DNA of 64,000 nt from a virus. Its lineage: Duplodnaviria; Caudoviricetes. How positions within the stretch are numbered: the first letter of the stretch is position 1; each line of letters opens with the position of its first letter. Shown piece by piece: positions 44,305-53,952 of this stretch. The position numbers were made by a program, and so were the translations under genes. Below the pieces are notes generated by a model. That model searched no databases. It was not told the origin of the DNA and worked only from the letters and a program-made list of their open reading frames with translations. The stretch lies in IMG/VR virus record IMGVR_UViG_3300043427_002668. One strand, written 5' to 3'.

Positions 44305-45049
44305 TTGAGTCTCCTGTTTGGTTGGATATGTCAAAAGTCCAAATGTCGTATCCTTCTTGTTTGAGGTATTCAAAAGGAATCCAACAGTATCCCTTATCCC
44401 CCCAGCTAGTTCCAAAACTATTCTTTGCTAAGAATAATCTCTTTTCTAAATCATAACCAACCATACACATTGCGTGTCCACCAAGACTTTTTTCTTTTCT
44501 GGAAGGAAAATGTATAGTAGAAATACGTTCATTTAGATCCATAAAACTATCATAAATTTGCATTCCAAATACAACAGGTTTGTTGTTATTCAGCACTTCA
44601 GTAATATAATAAGCACTGATAAGTTTTTGATACTTTAGAACTGTTCTTTTCTTTGCGTCCTCATAGCATTCATCTGTTGGACGATCATCAAACTTGTCTA
44701 AATCATAAGGCCACAAAGATTCAGAACAAACTCCAAACTTTGCTAACGATTTCAAACCATCTCTGAGATAGATTCCATTATCTTCCTGAATATTTCCATA
44801 CTCAGCACGGGTGTTATAGTAAATAAACAACCGACTGAGATGTGTGAAATACTCTGGATATAATTGGTTTACTGATAGTTCATATGCATTAGTGAGTGCA
44901 TTGGAAGAACAACTGCTTAATGAATCTTGCGATTCAACAATCGTATCCCACTCACGAAGATCTACATATTCCCGAAAGGAACTTGTACTATCACTTCTAT
45001 AAATGTAATCTCTTTCATCTGGTTTAGATGGTTTGATGTTGAAGTTCAT
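44267..45049 (-). CDS. papain-family (C1A) cysteine peptidase
   Basis: QDSLSSCSSNA, GGHAMCMVGY, NSFGTSWGDKGY. Confidence 0.9.
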   Translation of the reverse strand: MNFNIKPSKPDERDYIYRSDSTSSFREYVDLREWDTIVESQDSLSSCSSNALTNAYELSVNQLYPEYFTHLSRLFIYYNTRAEYGNIQEDNGIYLRDGLKSLAKFGVCSESLWPYDLDKFDDRPTDECYEDAKKRTVLKYQKLISAYYITEVLNNNKPVVFGMQIYDSFMDLNERISTIHFPSRKEKSLGGHAMCMVGYDLEKRLFLAKNSFGTSWGDKGYCWIPFEYLKQEGYDIWTFDISNQTGDSNVLSETLLPILP

Positions 45050-45051
45050 TG

Positions 45052-45696
45052 TTATAATTTTGCTGAGATAATATACCAATCCCCTTCACGACAAAAAACA
45101 GTGATAACGCCATAAGGTGTAGTGATGATGTAATCATCAGCACCATCAATCAATGCTCCATCGGAAGTTGTGACGGTAACTTTACGATTTCCTAGTGGTG
45201 GTCCCATTTCTGCTTTTACAATGATCTCACAACAATCGGTACAGTTTTCAGGTAATGTAATAGTAACAGGTTCGTTGCTGTTGACGCCGATATAGTAATC
45301 ATCGCAAGTAGCAGCATAATCATCTGAAACCAAGATGCTTTTGCATTTGCAGGTACACACTCCTGGTTCCCCTGGGGGCCCCTGTGGTCCTGGTGGTCCT
45401 TGCTCCCCTGGAGGACCTTGTTCTCCTGCTTCTCCTGGTTCTCCTTGGGGTCCTGGAGGTCCTGGTGGTCCCTGCTCTCCTGGAGGTCCTGGTGGACCTG
45501 GAGGGCACTCATCGGGGCAGTTATCACCATCTATGACAATATTAATGTTGTCATTTCCACCACCACGACTATTCAGCATCTCCGTGATTTCTGCACGAAT
45601 AGACTGAATGTTTCCAAACAGATTTGGATCATTACTTCTCTGGTATTGTGCCAGAAGATTGTAAAGATCAATAAGTCTTCTTTCTGCTGAGTCCAT
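45052..45696 (-). CDS. collagen-like protein (15 Gly-X-Y triplets) flanked by Cys clusters
   Basis: CPDECPP-(GPP/GEQ/GEP)n-VCTCKCK; C-terminal beta-rich domain; AGGAG SD. Confidence 0.85.
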   Translation of the reverse strand: MDSAERRLIDLYNLLAQYQRSNDPNLFGNIQSIRAEITEMLNSRGGGNDNINIVIDGDNCPDECPPGPPGPPGEQGPPGPPGPQGEPGEAGEQGPPGEQGPPGPQGPPGEPGVCTCKCKSILVSDDYAATCDDYYIGVNSNEPVTITLPENCTDCCEIIVKAEMGPPLGNRKVTVTTSDGALIDGADDYIITTPYGVITVFCREGDWYIISAKL

Positions 45697-45708
45697 AGTT
45701 ACTCTCCT

Positions 45709-45743
45709 TTAAAAGAAGGGGGAGGAAGGTAAAAACCTCCCCC
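45709..45743 (-). terminator. intrinsic terminator (minus strand) inside the cassette
   Basis: GGGGGAGG/CCTCCCCC plus TTCTTTT on the minus strand. Confidence 0.7.
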
Positions 45744-45762
45744 TGATAACTACTGAACTAAA

Positions 45763-46590
45763 TCAGCGTACAGCATTGCTGGTTGATGACTGACCAACAC
45801 CAGCCATGGTTCCGAAGTTAACCATACCCTGACGGGTCTCAGCAATCTGACTGTTTAAAGCATTTAACTGAGAGTTAACTTGTGAAGACAGTGCTGCGAA
45901 CTGGCTATTGAAGAGACCATCTCTGGCACCCCAATAGTCGTGGCGGCAGTGGTTGAGGTCAGTGTTACGCTCAATCAGCATACGATTGAGTTCATCATTC
46001 TTGAGAGAATTGATGAGGTCACGGGTCTTCTCATTTTCATAAGAAACCTGCTTGCTGAGATCATACTTGCTCTCAGCAATCTCTTTGCTGAGTTGTGACT
46101 GTCCAAGTGCTACAGCAGCAGCAACCTTAGCGGACTCAAGTGCAGCAGCAGTAGCAGTCTTCTCAGTGGCAAGAAGAATTTCACTGCTGAGTTTCTGAGC
46201 AGCAAGGTCTTGAGTTGCTCTTAAAGCAGCAAGATCACGGGATTGATCAAAATCTCTTGCCTGACCAGAAATATAGAAATCAGTAGCTCTTTGCTGAATT
46301 TTATCAGCAGCTTCGTCTACTTTAACTGCTGTGTTATGTCCTACGTTCAGAACATCACGGTTGGTTGCTTCTGAATGCTCAGCAATAGCGTATCTGGTAT
46401 CACCAAAACCATTTGCTAATTCTCTACGAATATCGCCTTGACCGATAGCATTAGCATAACGGTTGTCAGCGGAACGAGTAGCAACATCGTAACGGATCTC
46501 ACCACGCTCTACAGAACCTTCTCTACGGATGTCTGAGTGCTGTGCTGAGAGTGCTGCCCAAGGATCGGGCATATAAACTGGATCTGCCAT
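45763..46590 (-). CDS. Ala-rich coiled-coil protein of unknown function
   Basis: 275 aa; repeated DIRRE/DTRY units; AGGAG SD. Confidence 0.8.
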   Translation of the reverse strand: MADPVYMPDPWAALSAQHSDIRREGSVERGEIRYDVATRSADNRYANAIGQGDIRRELANGFGDTRYAIAEHSEATNRDVLNVGHNTAVKVDEAADKIQQRATDFYISGQARDFDQSRDLAALRATQDLAAQKLSSEILLATEKTATAAALESAKVAAAVALGQSQLSKEIAESKYDLSKQVSYENEKTRDLINSLKNDELNRMLIERNTDLNHCRHDYWGARDGLFNSQFAALSSQVNSQLNALNSQIAETRQGMVNFGTMAGVGQSSTSNAVR

Positions 46591-46818
46591 TTTTTTCTCC
46601 TAAAGGTTAATCGGAGAGCAATACAATCCAATTCCTCCCTGACATAATGCCAGACGAATCGAGCCCACAGACGACCATAGGTGAATCGTCTGGGATTATT
46701 TCTCTTTGAAATCGGACTGTATTACCCGATTAGAGATGAAGCATTAATGAAAGAACCATTTTTGGAATCTTTTAGTAATACATCTTATCTCTAATGAGAG
46801 GATTGCTCCTCGCAAGAT

Positions 46819-46826
46819 TATTTATG
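46819..46826 (-). promoter_or_regulatory. late-type promoter (CATAAATA) for the inverted cassette
   Basis: Minus-strand ATAAATA about 230 nt upstream of the 46590 ATG. Confidence 0.5.
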
Positions 46827-46835
46827 TAAATAAGA

Positions 46836-46979
46836 TTATAACCAAGAAATTTCTACTTCACGAGGAACTACTACAATTGATACTTCTGGAAGTTGAGATT
46901 TAGTATTTGCAAGTAAAGTTGCAATTTGTTCTGCAGTGTAAGTGTCTGGTACTTTAAGTACTAATGTTTTTGAATTCAT
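46836..46979 (-). CDS. 47 aa hypothetical protein
   Basis: MNSKTLVLKVPDTYTAEQIATLLANTKSQLPEVSIVVVPREVEISWL read manually. Confidence 0.5.
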   Translation of the reverse strand: MNSKTLVLKVPDTYTAEQIATLLANTKSQLPEVSIVVVPREVEISWL

Positions 46980-47008
46980 AATTTTCAATAGAGTGTACAG
47001 ATTATATA

Positions 47009-47299
47009 TTAAGTTGAACGGTTTTTACGCTCACTTTGCCACTTTAAAAAACCTTCCATATTATTGGGATATTTTGGTTTCCCTCTACCTCTTGGTTTCT
47101 TCTGATTTTTCATTGCAATTTCATAGTTACTCCAACATAATTCAAGTTCTTCTGGACCATTATCGAAGTTATAAAAACCATCTATCCAAAAGTCAAACTG
47201 AGATTCGTTTTTCATATAATTGCACCACAATTTAAATGATGCAAATACGTATAACCATCCAAGTCTGAGTTTTGAAAAGAAGTCTTTGAGTGTAATCAT
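47009..47299 (-). CDS. hypothetical protein
   Basis: 96 aa ORF. Confidence 0.6.
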   Translation of the reverse strand: MITLKDFFSKLRLGWLYVFASFKLWCNYMKNESQFDFWIDGFYNFDNGPEELELCWSNYEIAMKNQKKPRGRGKPKYPNNMEGFLKWQSERKNRST

Positions 47300-47400
47300 A
47301 GATACTCCTTTAAACTCAGTATTATATATTTGCAGATCAAAACATAACAGTGCATTATAGGTATAACTTCTTATAATTACTTATGAGTTCTTTTTCTTTT

Positions 47401-48063
47401 ATGAAGATCTTTTTAGACACAGCAGATGTTTCGTTAATTGGTTCAGCATATGATACTGGACTATTGGATGGAGTCACCACAAATCCCACTTTGATTCTTA
47501 AAAGTGGAAGACAATTAAAAGAAGTTATCGAAAATATATCACAAGCATTTCCAGAGTTAGAAAGCATTTCCGCAGAAGTTGTCGCAGATGAAGCAGAGGA
47601 AATGCTTTCACAAGCACAAAAGTATTACTCAATTGCACCAGCAGTTACAATCAAAGTTCCTTGTACTGTAGAAGGACTGAAAGCGTGTAACTTCTTATCA
47701 AAGCAAGGTATCAAAACAAATGTAACTCTGGTGTTCTCTGTAGCACAAGCAATACTTGCTTCAAAGGCAGGAGCAACGTATATCTCACCATTCGTTGGTC
47801 GTTGGATGGATAATTCGATTGATGGTATTGAACTCATCAAGAATATTCGTAAAGCATTTGATTACTCAGGGACTAGCACACAGATTCTTGCAGCATCTCT
47901 TCGTGATGTGAGGCAGGTAGAACAATCCGCTCTTGCTGGTGCTGATGTAGTTACGATTCCTCCGACAGTATTTTGGGGAATGTATAAGAACATTATGACT
48001 GAAAAAGGTCTTGAATTGTTTCAAAAAGATTGGAATGAGGTACTAAAAAATGAAGAAGTTTAA
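47401..48063 (+). CDS. talC: transaldolase (TalC/Fsa type)
   Basis: MKIFLDTAD, GVTTNPTLI, IKVP, NVTLVFS, YISPFVGR, ILAASLR. Confidence 0.95.
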   Translation: MKIFLDTADVSLIGSAYDTGLLDGVTTNPTLILKSGRQLKEVIENISQAFPELESISAEVVADEAEEMLSQAQKYYSIAPAVTIKVPCTVEGLKACNFLSKQGIKTNVTLVFSVAQAILASKAGATYISPFVGRWMDNSIDGIELIKNIRKAFDYSGTSTQILAASLRDVRQVEQSALAGADVVTIPPTVFWGMYKNIMTEKGLELFQKDWNEVLKNEEV

Positions 48064-48550
48064 TAATTTTATTCTTAACATTACAATAGGAATTATTGAT
48101 TTTCTTTATTATGGATTACCAATTGAAAGGTTTTGGGTTCTTGAAACGATTGCAAGAGCGCCTTATTTTTCTTTTCTAAGTGTTCTTCATCTAAAAGAAT
48201 CACTGGGACTTAGAACAGAAGAGCATTATGATCTAATGAGAGAACACTTTGAGCAGACAGTCAATGAAACGGAACACCTCAGGGAAATGGAGTTACGTGG
48301 TGGAGCAGATCGCTGGTTTGATCGCTTTTTCGCTTATCATTTGGTTCTCATCTACTATTGGGTTATGGTTGTCTATTATCTTCTTGATCCTGTTTCTGCT
48401 TATCACCTGAATGCTGGTGTTGAACTTCATGCAACAGAAACATATCTAAACTATCTTTGGTTCCACCCAAAGGATGAAAAGATTTCTCAAATTGCTGTAG
48501 ATGAAATGAACCACTATATTGAACTTAAAAAAGCAATGGAGTTGGTATGA
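48050..48550 (+). CDS. ptox: plastoquinol terminal oxidase
   Basis: RFWVLETIARAPYF, NETEH, ELHATETY, DEMNH di-iron motifs. Confidence 0.92.
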   Translation: MKKFNNFILNITIGIIDFLYYGLPIERFWVLETIARAPYFSFLSVLHLKESLGLRTEEHYDLMREHFEQTVNETEHLREMELRGGADRWFDRFFAYHLVLIYYWVMVVYYLLDPVSAYHLNAGVELHATETYLNYLWFHPKDEKISQIAVDEMNHYIELKKAMELV

Positions 48551-49872
48551 AGGGGTTAGTTATATTCGGAGCAACTGGAGATCTTTGTAAAAAGAAATTG
48601 ATTCCAGCATTGTATTCTTTACATAAGAAAAGTCTTTTGCCAAAAGGACTAAAGATCATCGGTGCCTCCAGAACCCAACACACCAAAGAAAGTTGGGTAG
48701 AAGTATTGGGAAGCTATTCTCAAGAGTTTATCAAAAGACTTGAATATGTTCCCTGTGATTTAAGTGATGCCGAATCTCTTAAGTCATTACACGATTATGG
48801 GGATATGACATACTTTCTGTCAGTTCCTCCAGAACGATATGCTGATGCTATTACAAACCTAAAAGAAGCAGGTAAGTTAGATGACGCAGAAAAATCTAGA
48901 GTTATTATTGAGAAACCTTTTGGCACCGATCTTCAATCTGCTAATTATTTACAATCTGTGGTTTCTGGATATCTACGCGAAAAACAAGTTTATCGCATTG
49001 ACCATTATCTTGGTAAAGATACTGTTAATAACATTCTTGCCACTCGTTTTAGCAATATTCTTTTGGAACCACTATGGAATCGAAATTTTATAGAGGAAGT
49101 CCAAATCTTCGCAACTGAAACAATTGGATGTGAAGGTCGAGCACAGTATTACGATACTGCTGGTGCCGTAAGAGATATGCTCCAGAACCATATGCTTCAG
49201 GTTCTGGCACTGATTGCTATGGAACCACCTTGTAGAAATGATGCAAGGGAAATCCGTAGAGAGAAAGTTAAGGTTCTAGCAGCCACCAGATTAGGTGATA
49301 ATGTGGTCCTAGGACAATATGATGGATACAAGAGTGAGGAAGGTGTGAAGTATGACTCACAAACACCAACCTTTGTTGCTGGTGAGTTGTATATCGATAA
49401 CTGGAGATGGAAAGGAGTTCCTTTTCACTTTATGACTGGTAAGAAAATGCCAGTTGGATGTGTGGAAGTTGTGATTAAATTTAAAGCACCTCCACAACAA
49501 TTGTTTGAGGGTCACGAATGTAATGATCGAATTGTAATGAGATTACAACCAGATCCACACCTAGATATGCGTATTGATATTAAATCTCCAGGACTAAATG
49601 ATATGGTAGAACCAGCACTTCTTCAGTATCATTATCCTGTAGAGAAAGCAATTGATGGTTATGTGAAACTGTTTTATGATGCGATTAATGAAGATCAATC
49701 ACACTTTGTTCATGCGGATGAAGTGCTGGAGTCTTGGCGAATTGTTGATGATCTTCTTTGTACGGGAGATTATTGCCCTATTAATACAAGACCTTATTCT
49801 TATAAGGAAGGTGTTTGGGGACCAGAAGAAAAAGCAATTACAAAGTGGGATTATCCACTCAAATTAAAATAG
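48547..49872 (+). CDS. zwf: glucose-6-phosphate dehydrogenase
   Basis: GATGDL, IEKPFG, RIDHYLGK, RDMLQNH, WRWKGVPF. Confidence 0.97.
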   Translation: MKGLVIFGATGDLCKKKLIPALYSLHKKSLLPKGLKIIGASRTQHTKESWVEVLGSYSQEFIKRLEYVPCDLSDAESLKSLHDYGDMTYFLSVPPERYADAITNLKEAGKLDDAEKSRVIIEKPFGTDLQSANYLQSVVSGYLREKQVYRIDHYLGKDTVNNILATRFSNILLEPLWNRNFIEEVQIFATETIGCEGRAQYYDTAGAVRDMLQNHMLQVLALIAMEPPCRNDAREIRREKVKVLAATRLGDNVVLGQYDGYKSEEGVKYDSQTPTFVAGELYIDNWRWKGVPFHFMTGKKMPVGCVEVVIKFKAPPQQLFEGHECNDRIVMRLQPDPHLDMRIDIKSPGLNDMVEPALLQYHYPVEKAIDGYVKLFYDAINEDQSHFVHADEVLESWRIVDDLLCTGDYCPINTRPYSYKEGVWGPEEKAITKWDYPLKLK

Positions 49873-49882
49873 GAGAAAGACT

Positions 49883-50905
49883 ATGAAAGTAGGAATGATC
49901 GGACTGGGACGGATGGGAGAAGGAATGTCTCGTCGTATGATGAAGGCAGGTATTGAAGTTTGGGGATACCGCAGGAACTATGGGAAAGCAAAAGAAGCAT
50001 TTGAGAAAGGATATGTAAATGGGGTTACGACAACGATTGAAACTTTAGTTAGAGTTGTTAAAACAGAGAATAAACCAGGAATTTTCCAGATGGTAGTTCC
50101 TGCCGAAACAGTAGAGGAAACAATCAATGAGTTACTACGATTTTGTGGTGAAGGAGATATTATTATTGATCATGGCAATAGCAATTTTAAAGACAGTCGG
50201 AAGAGAGCAGAACGTTTGGCAAAGTTGGGTATCCAATATATTGATTGTGGCACTAGCGGGGGTGTTTATGGTCTGGATCGTGGATACTGTCTTATGGTTG
50301 GCGGTGGAGATACTGCAGTCGCCACTTGTAAAAGCATTTTTAATGCCCTCGCTCCAGGAGTACACGCTGCCGAGAGGACTGAGTTTGACTCACCTGTAAC
50401 CTCAGCAGAGCACGGTTGGTTGCACTGTGGTGGTCCAGGAGCAGGGCATTTTGTAAAGATGGTGCATAATGGCATTGAGTATGGTATTATGCAAGCATAT
50501 GCAGAAGGATTTAACATTATCAAGAATGCTAATAATGGAGCACAGTATGTTAGAGAAGGAGACGCTGAAGTTGCCCCTATGGCGGATCCAGAAAGTTACT
50601 GCTATGATATTGATGTTGCTGAGGTTGCTGAGTTATGGCGTCGTGGTAGCGTTGTTGGTTCTTGGTTACTTGACCTTACTGCTTCTGTGTTGCGCCACAG
50701 CCCACAGCTTTCTAACTTCTCTGGAGGGGTATCCGACAGCGGTGAAGGTCGCTGGACGGTTAATGCTGCTGTGGATCTGGGGGTTCCCGCTCCTGTTATC
50801 ACCACTGCTCTTTATGAAAGATTTAATTCACGCAATCTGGGTACTTTCGCAGCCAAGATTCTAAATGGTATGAGGTATATGTTTGGAGGACATCACGTTA
50901 GATGA
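49883..50905 (+). CDS. gnd: 6-phosphogluconate dehydrogenase (short type)
   Basis: GLGRMG, IDHGNS, DCGTSGG, GHFVKMVHNGIEYG, SDSGEGRW. Confidence 0.97.
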   Translation: MKVGMIGLGRMGEGMSRRMMKAGIEVWGYRRNYGKAKEAFEKGYVNGVTTTIETLVRVVKTENKPGIFQMVVPAETVEETINELLRFCGEGDIIIDHGNSNFKDSRKRAERLAKLGIQYIDCGTSGGVYGLDRGYCLMVGGGDTAVATCKSIFNALAPGVHAAERTEFDSPVTSAEHGWLHCGGPGAGHFVKMVHNGIEYGIMQAYAEGFNIIKNANNGAQYVREGDAEVAPMADPESYCYDIDVAEVAELWRRGSVVGSWLLDLTASVLRHSPQLSNFSGGVSDSGEGRWTVNAAVDLGVPAPVITTALYERFNSRNLGTFAAKILNGMRYMFGGHHVR

Positions 50906-51010
50906 TTACATCAACAACACCATATAAACTTGCTGAGATTATTCGGGATACTTGGCCTGGTCTTTACAGGAAACCTCAAGCGTCCTATAATACCCAAAAG
51001 ACTTCTAAAA

Positions 51011-51343
51011 ATGAAAAAATACAATGAAGAATATTTTTCTGTAATTGAAACCAAAACTGGCAGAAAGATTGTTGATTGTGGATTAGAGGAAGATGCACTC
51101 GCAATGGTTGCTCTTGATCCACAAAACAGAACTTATACTAGAAATAAGTTTTTGATGGGACCCGTGGTAGACATTGAAATACCAAAAGCATTACCAACAA
51201 ATGAAATTGTTGACTTAGGTGGTAAATGGGATGATCCAATCCCAGAGGGTATTGATCCTTATAATTTAAGGGGGAGACAACCTTTGCAACCAGTTAAAAA
51301 ACAATTACCAGAAGATCAACGAATTCCAGTAAATCCTAAATAA
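51011..51343 (+). CDS. conserved cyanophage hypothetical protein
   Basis: MKKYNEEYFSVIETKTGRKIVDCG... Confidence 0.65.
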   Translation: MKKYNEEYFSVIETKTGRKIVDCGLEEDALAMVALDPQNRTYTRNKFLMGPVVDIEIPKALPTNEIVDLGGKWDDPIPEGIDPYNLRGRQPLQPVKKQLPEDQRIPVNPK

Positions 51344-51363
51344 TTTTCAGATTAATAAGAAAT

Positions 51364-51600
51364 ATGAAGTTCACAGTTTATTCCAAAGAAGGTTGTCCTT
51401 ATTGCACTAAAGTACAACAAGTATTGCAATTAGCAAGTCTTGATCATGTTGTTTATAAACTTAATAAAGATTTTACAAGAGATCAATTTTATGCAGAATT
51501 TGGTCATGGATCTACTTTCCCTCAAGTAATTGTAAACGATCAACATATTGGCGGATGCACTGACACGGTTCAATATCTAAAGGAACAAAATTTGGTTTAA
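51364..51600 (+). CDS. glutaredoxin (NrdC-like)
   Basis: CPYC, TFPQV, IGGCTD. Confidence 0.92.
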   Translation: MKFTVYSKEGCPYCTKVQQVLQLASLDHVVYKLNKDFTRDQFYAEFGHGSTFPQVIVNDQHIGGCTDTVQYLKEQNLV

Positions 51601-51959
51601 TGGAAAGCACTCTTAATGAAATTTATAATGACGTAGAAAAGGCAATCGACTATGCCTTTCAAGGACATTTTGTATTGAAGTTTTATGATTATCTAAAAAT
51701 TCGCGGAACAAAAAGAATAGAAGTAAAGGAGTTTATTGAAAGCTCAACCGCAAGTGAAATAAGTAGTCTTGTAATGGACTTAGATGATTACTTAGAGGGA
51801 GGATCTGACGAGATCCATAAACAACTTCGTGAAGGTTACGGACATATTCCAAAGCCAGAAGCAAGAAAAATAAGAAATTATCTTTATAATATACTTGAAG
51901 ATGCGTGGAAATATGACCATGACAAAAAACCAGGGCGGCGGAAAAAGAAAACTAAATAA
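51600..51959 (+). CDS. conserved cyanophage hypothetical protein
   Basis: 119 aa; LREGYGHIPKPEARKIRNYL. Confidence 0.75.
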   Translation: MESTLNEIYNDVEKAIDYAFQGHFVLKFYDYLKIRGTKRIEVKEFIESSTASEISSLVMDLDDYLEGGSDEIHKQLREGYGHIPKPEARKIRNYLYNILEDAWKYDHDKKPGRRKKKTK

Positions 51960-52125
51960 CTCAGAACCTCAAATTAATAGAGGTGTTGAGTTATTACTTA
52001 GGAATAGGAGAAGAAAATCAGAAAAACCAAAGACTTTTCAAGTGAAATTTGGTAAAATGATTTCTCTTTTCCGTAGAGAGTTTCATTTTTTTATAGAATT
52101 TCACTTTGATGTTAGGAAAAAATAA
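51913..52125 (+). CDS. hypothetical basic protein
   Basis: INRGVELLLRNRRRK; overlaps the previous gene. Confidence 0.55.
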   Translation: MTMTKNQGGGKRKLNNSEPQINRGVELLLRNRRRKSEKPKTFQVKFGKMISLFRREFHFFIEFHFDVRKK

Positions 52126-52143
52126 ACTCTCTGGAGAAAACAA

Positions 52144-52374
52144 ATGGAAACAGCATATGTAATTACATTCACCGTAATGTTTACCTTGCTCTTTTTTATG
52201 GTAGGTAGTATAATAGGTTGGTTAACATATAGGCATTTACTTGAATCAAGACCTCCATATTTACATCCAGAGTTTTTTGATGAAAACGGACAAGTAATAC
52301 CGGACGAAATTGTATCAGTGAGATTTGAAAACGATTATGACTACACCGACGAAGACGAGGAAGAAGACAACTGA
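52144..52374 (+). CDS. single-TM protein with acidic tail
   Basis: GGAG SD; TM then LHPEFFDENG. Confidence 0.75.
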   Translation: METAYVITFTVMFTLLFFMVGSIIGWLTYRHLLESRPPYLHPEFFDENGQVIPDEIVSVRFENDYDYTDEDEEEDN

Positions 52375-52909
52375 AAACTCAGTTAATACTCTTCCAGTAA
52401 ATCCATTTGCATTTGAGGTTCTAGAATTTGCCTCAAAGCAAAGAAGTAATGCAAAAAAAGTAGAAGTCCTTAAGACATACGAACATGATTCTCTTAAGGC
52501 TATTTTTATTTGGAATTTTGATGATAGTGTTATTTCTCTACTTCCTGAAGGAGAAGTTCCTTATGCAAACGTAGATGAACAGTCTGTATATTCAGGAACT
52601 CTTTCTGAAAATCTTAGGATGGAAGCATCTGGAGGTGAGTTAGCCACAGGTCAAGATCTTGATGGCAGAGGAAAAACATCTCTTCGTAAAGAATGGCAAA
52701 ATCTTTATCATTATGTGAAAGGTGGAAATAATAGTCTTACTTCTATCCGTAGAGAAATGATGTTTATTAATCTTCTTAGAGGTCTTCATCCCAGAGAAGC
52801 TGATTTGTTGGTTCTTGTTAAGGATAAGAAGTTGACTGATAAATATAAGATCACTAAAGAAATCGTGAGCGAAGCATACCCAGACATTCAATGGGGAGGA
52901 CGTTCATGA
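52337..52909 (+). CDS. conserved T4-like hypothetical protein
   Basis: IFIWNFD...LLPEG.VPY, REMMFINLLRGLHPREA. Confidence 0.8.
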   Translation: MTTPTKTRKKTTENSVNTLPVNPFAFEVLEFASKQRSNAKKVEVLKTYEHDSLKAIFIWNFDDSVISLLPEGEVPYANVDEQSVYSGTLSENLRMEASGGELATGQDLDGRGKTSLRKEWQNLYHYVKGGNNSLTSIRREMMFINLLRGLHPREADLLVLVKDKKLTDKYKITKEIVSEAYPDIQWGGRS

Positions 52910-53244
52910 CAGTAGTTGTGGGGGAAAGAAAAAAAATGGCAGGATCATCAAAAAAAGAAAATCAAGTTCTGCCACATGAGTATGGATGTGAAGTTTTACT
53001 TGAAAAAACAACTATTGATAAAGTCAAGGATCCATCTTTTCCAAATGATGCATATTTAATTTGGTATACTTCTGATGGAGAAACTCATATAGATCTTGTC
53101 AGATGCCCCAAAAGAGTAAATTTATTTGATATGTACTATGACAAATATGGTCCAGGTGCAGTTCAAAAAATTGATTTTGGATATGGCAGAATAAATCCCA
53201 AACTTTGGGGATATAAACAACCTGAGAAAAAGAAAAGAAAATGA
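52906..53244 (+). CDS. conserved cyanophage hypothetical protein
   Basis: FDMYYDKYGPG...GYGRINPKLWG. Confidence 0.75.
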   Translation: MTVVVGERKKMAGSSKKENQVLPHEYGCEVLLEKTTIDKVKDPSFPNDAYLIWYTSDGETHIDLVRCPKRVNLFDMYYDKYGPGAVQKIDFGYGRINPKLWGYKQPEKKKRK

Positions 53245-53453
53245 GTGCTGGATTTGGTGGAGATCCTAATCAAGGTAGACTTGGAAAGGATGCAAAAATT
53301 ACTATTGATTTAGATAACATTGATCATGTTCTAAAAAAATATAAAAAGATTAAAAAATATATGAAGTCTCCTTTATATGCTGTTAAAACAATGGACGGCA
53401 CAGAAGAGATTGTGAGTTCATTGATTAAGGAAGCGGAGGAGAATCCACTGTAA
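53241..53453 (+). CDS. hypothetical protein
   Basis: 70 aa; ATGA overlap. Confidence 0.65.
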   Translation: MSAGFGGDPNQGRLGKDAKITIDLDNIDHVLKKYKKIKKYMKSPLYAVKTMDGTEEIVSSLIKEAEENPL

Positions 53454-53454
53454 A

Positions 53455-53781
53455 ATGGGGAAGCATTACTTACTTAACTTGTATGGATGCTCGTTTGTCC
53501 TTTTGGACGACGAGCGTTGTCTTATAGACTTATTAGAAAACGCAGCAGCTGCAAGTGGTGCTACTGTAGTTCAGACCATTTCAAAGAAGTTTCATCCACA
53601 GGGAGTCACTGTGATTTGCTTGTTGTCTGAAAGTCATATCAGTATCCATACATGGCCTGAGGAAGGTAAAGCAGCAGTGGATGTTTATACTTGTGGTGAT
53701 TGTAATCCAAAGATTGGTTGTGATATTATCATTCAGCAACTTTATGCATCTAATCATACATTGAGTTACATAGAACGGTAA
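53455..53781 (+). CDS. speD: S-adenosylmethionine decarboxylase proenzyme
   Basis: GKHYLLNLYGC, LLSE|SHISIHTWPE pyruvoyl cleavage site, DVYTCG. Confidence 0.93.
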   Translation: MGKHYLLNLYGCSFVLLDDERCLIDLLENAAAASGATVVQTISKKFHPQGVTVICLLSESHISIHTWPEEGKAAVDVYTCGDCNPKIGCDIIIQQLYASNHTLSYIER

Positions 53782-53791
53782 CAAATGTTAC
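53778..53791 (+). promoter_or_regulatory. NtcA-type binding site
   Basis: GTA-ACAAATGT-TAC = GTA-N8-TAC, extended to the GTAAC/GTTAC palindrome. Confidence 0.55.
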
Positions 53792-53799
53792 AAAGTTAG

Positions 53800-53828
53800 T
53801 TGCATATATAAACCAACGGGTCTATAAT
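53800..53828 (+). promoter_or_regulatory. sigma70 promoter
   Basis: TTGCAT-17 nt-TATAAT; predicted start about 53835, at the riboswitch 5' end. Confidence 0.7.
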
Positions 53829-53834
53829 GATCCT

Positions 53835-53920
53835 ACGTTCATCCCTATGGGACGGAAGTAAGCCGACGCGGAACGGAACGTTCATCGGGAAACCGACGCA
53901 AACGCCGACTGAAGGAACGC
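53835..53920 (+). ncRNA. glutamine-II (Downstream-peptide) riboswitch-like RNA with internal duplication
   Basis: CGTTCA...CGGAAGTAAG...GAAGGAACGC landmarks; second CGTTCATC copy at 53879. Confidence 0.75.
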
Positions 53921-53952
53921 TCTTTAACCTAAAAAACTAAGGAGAAAACCTA

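Noticed and set aside
45216-45690. Plus-strand ORFs over the collagen gene
   Set aside because: Shadow frames of the Gly-X-Y repeat.
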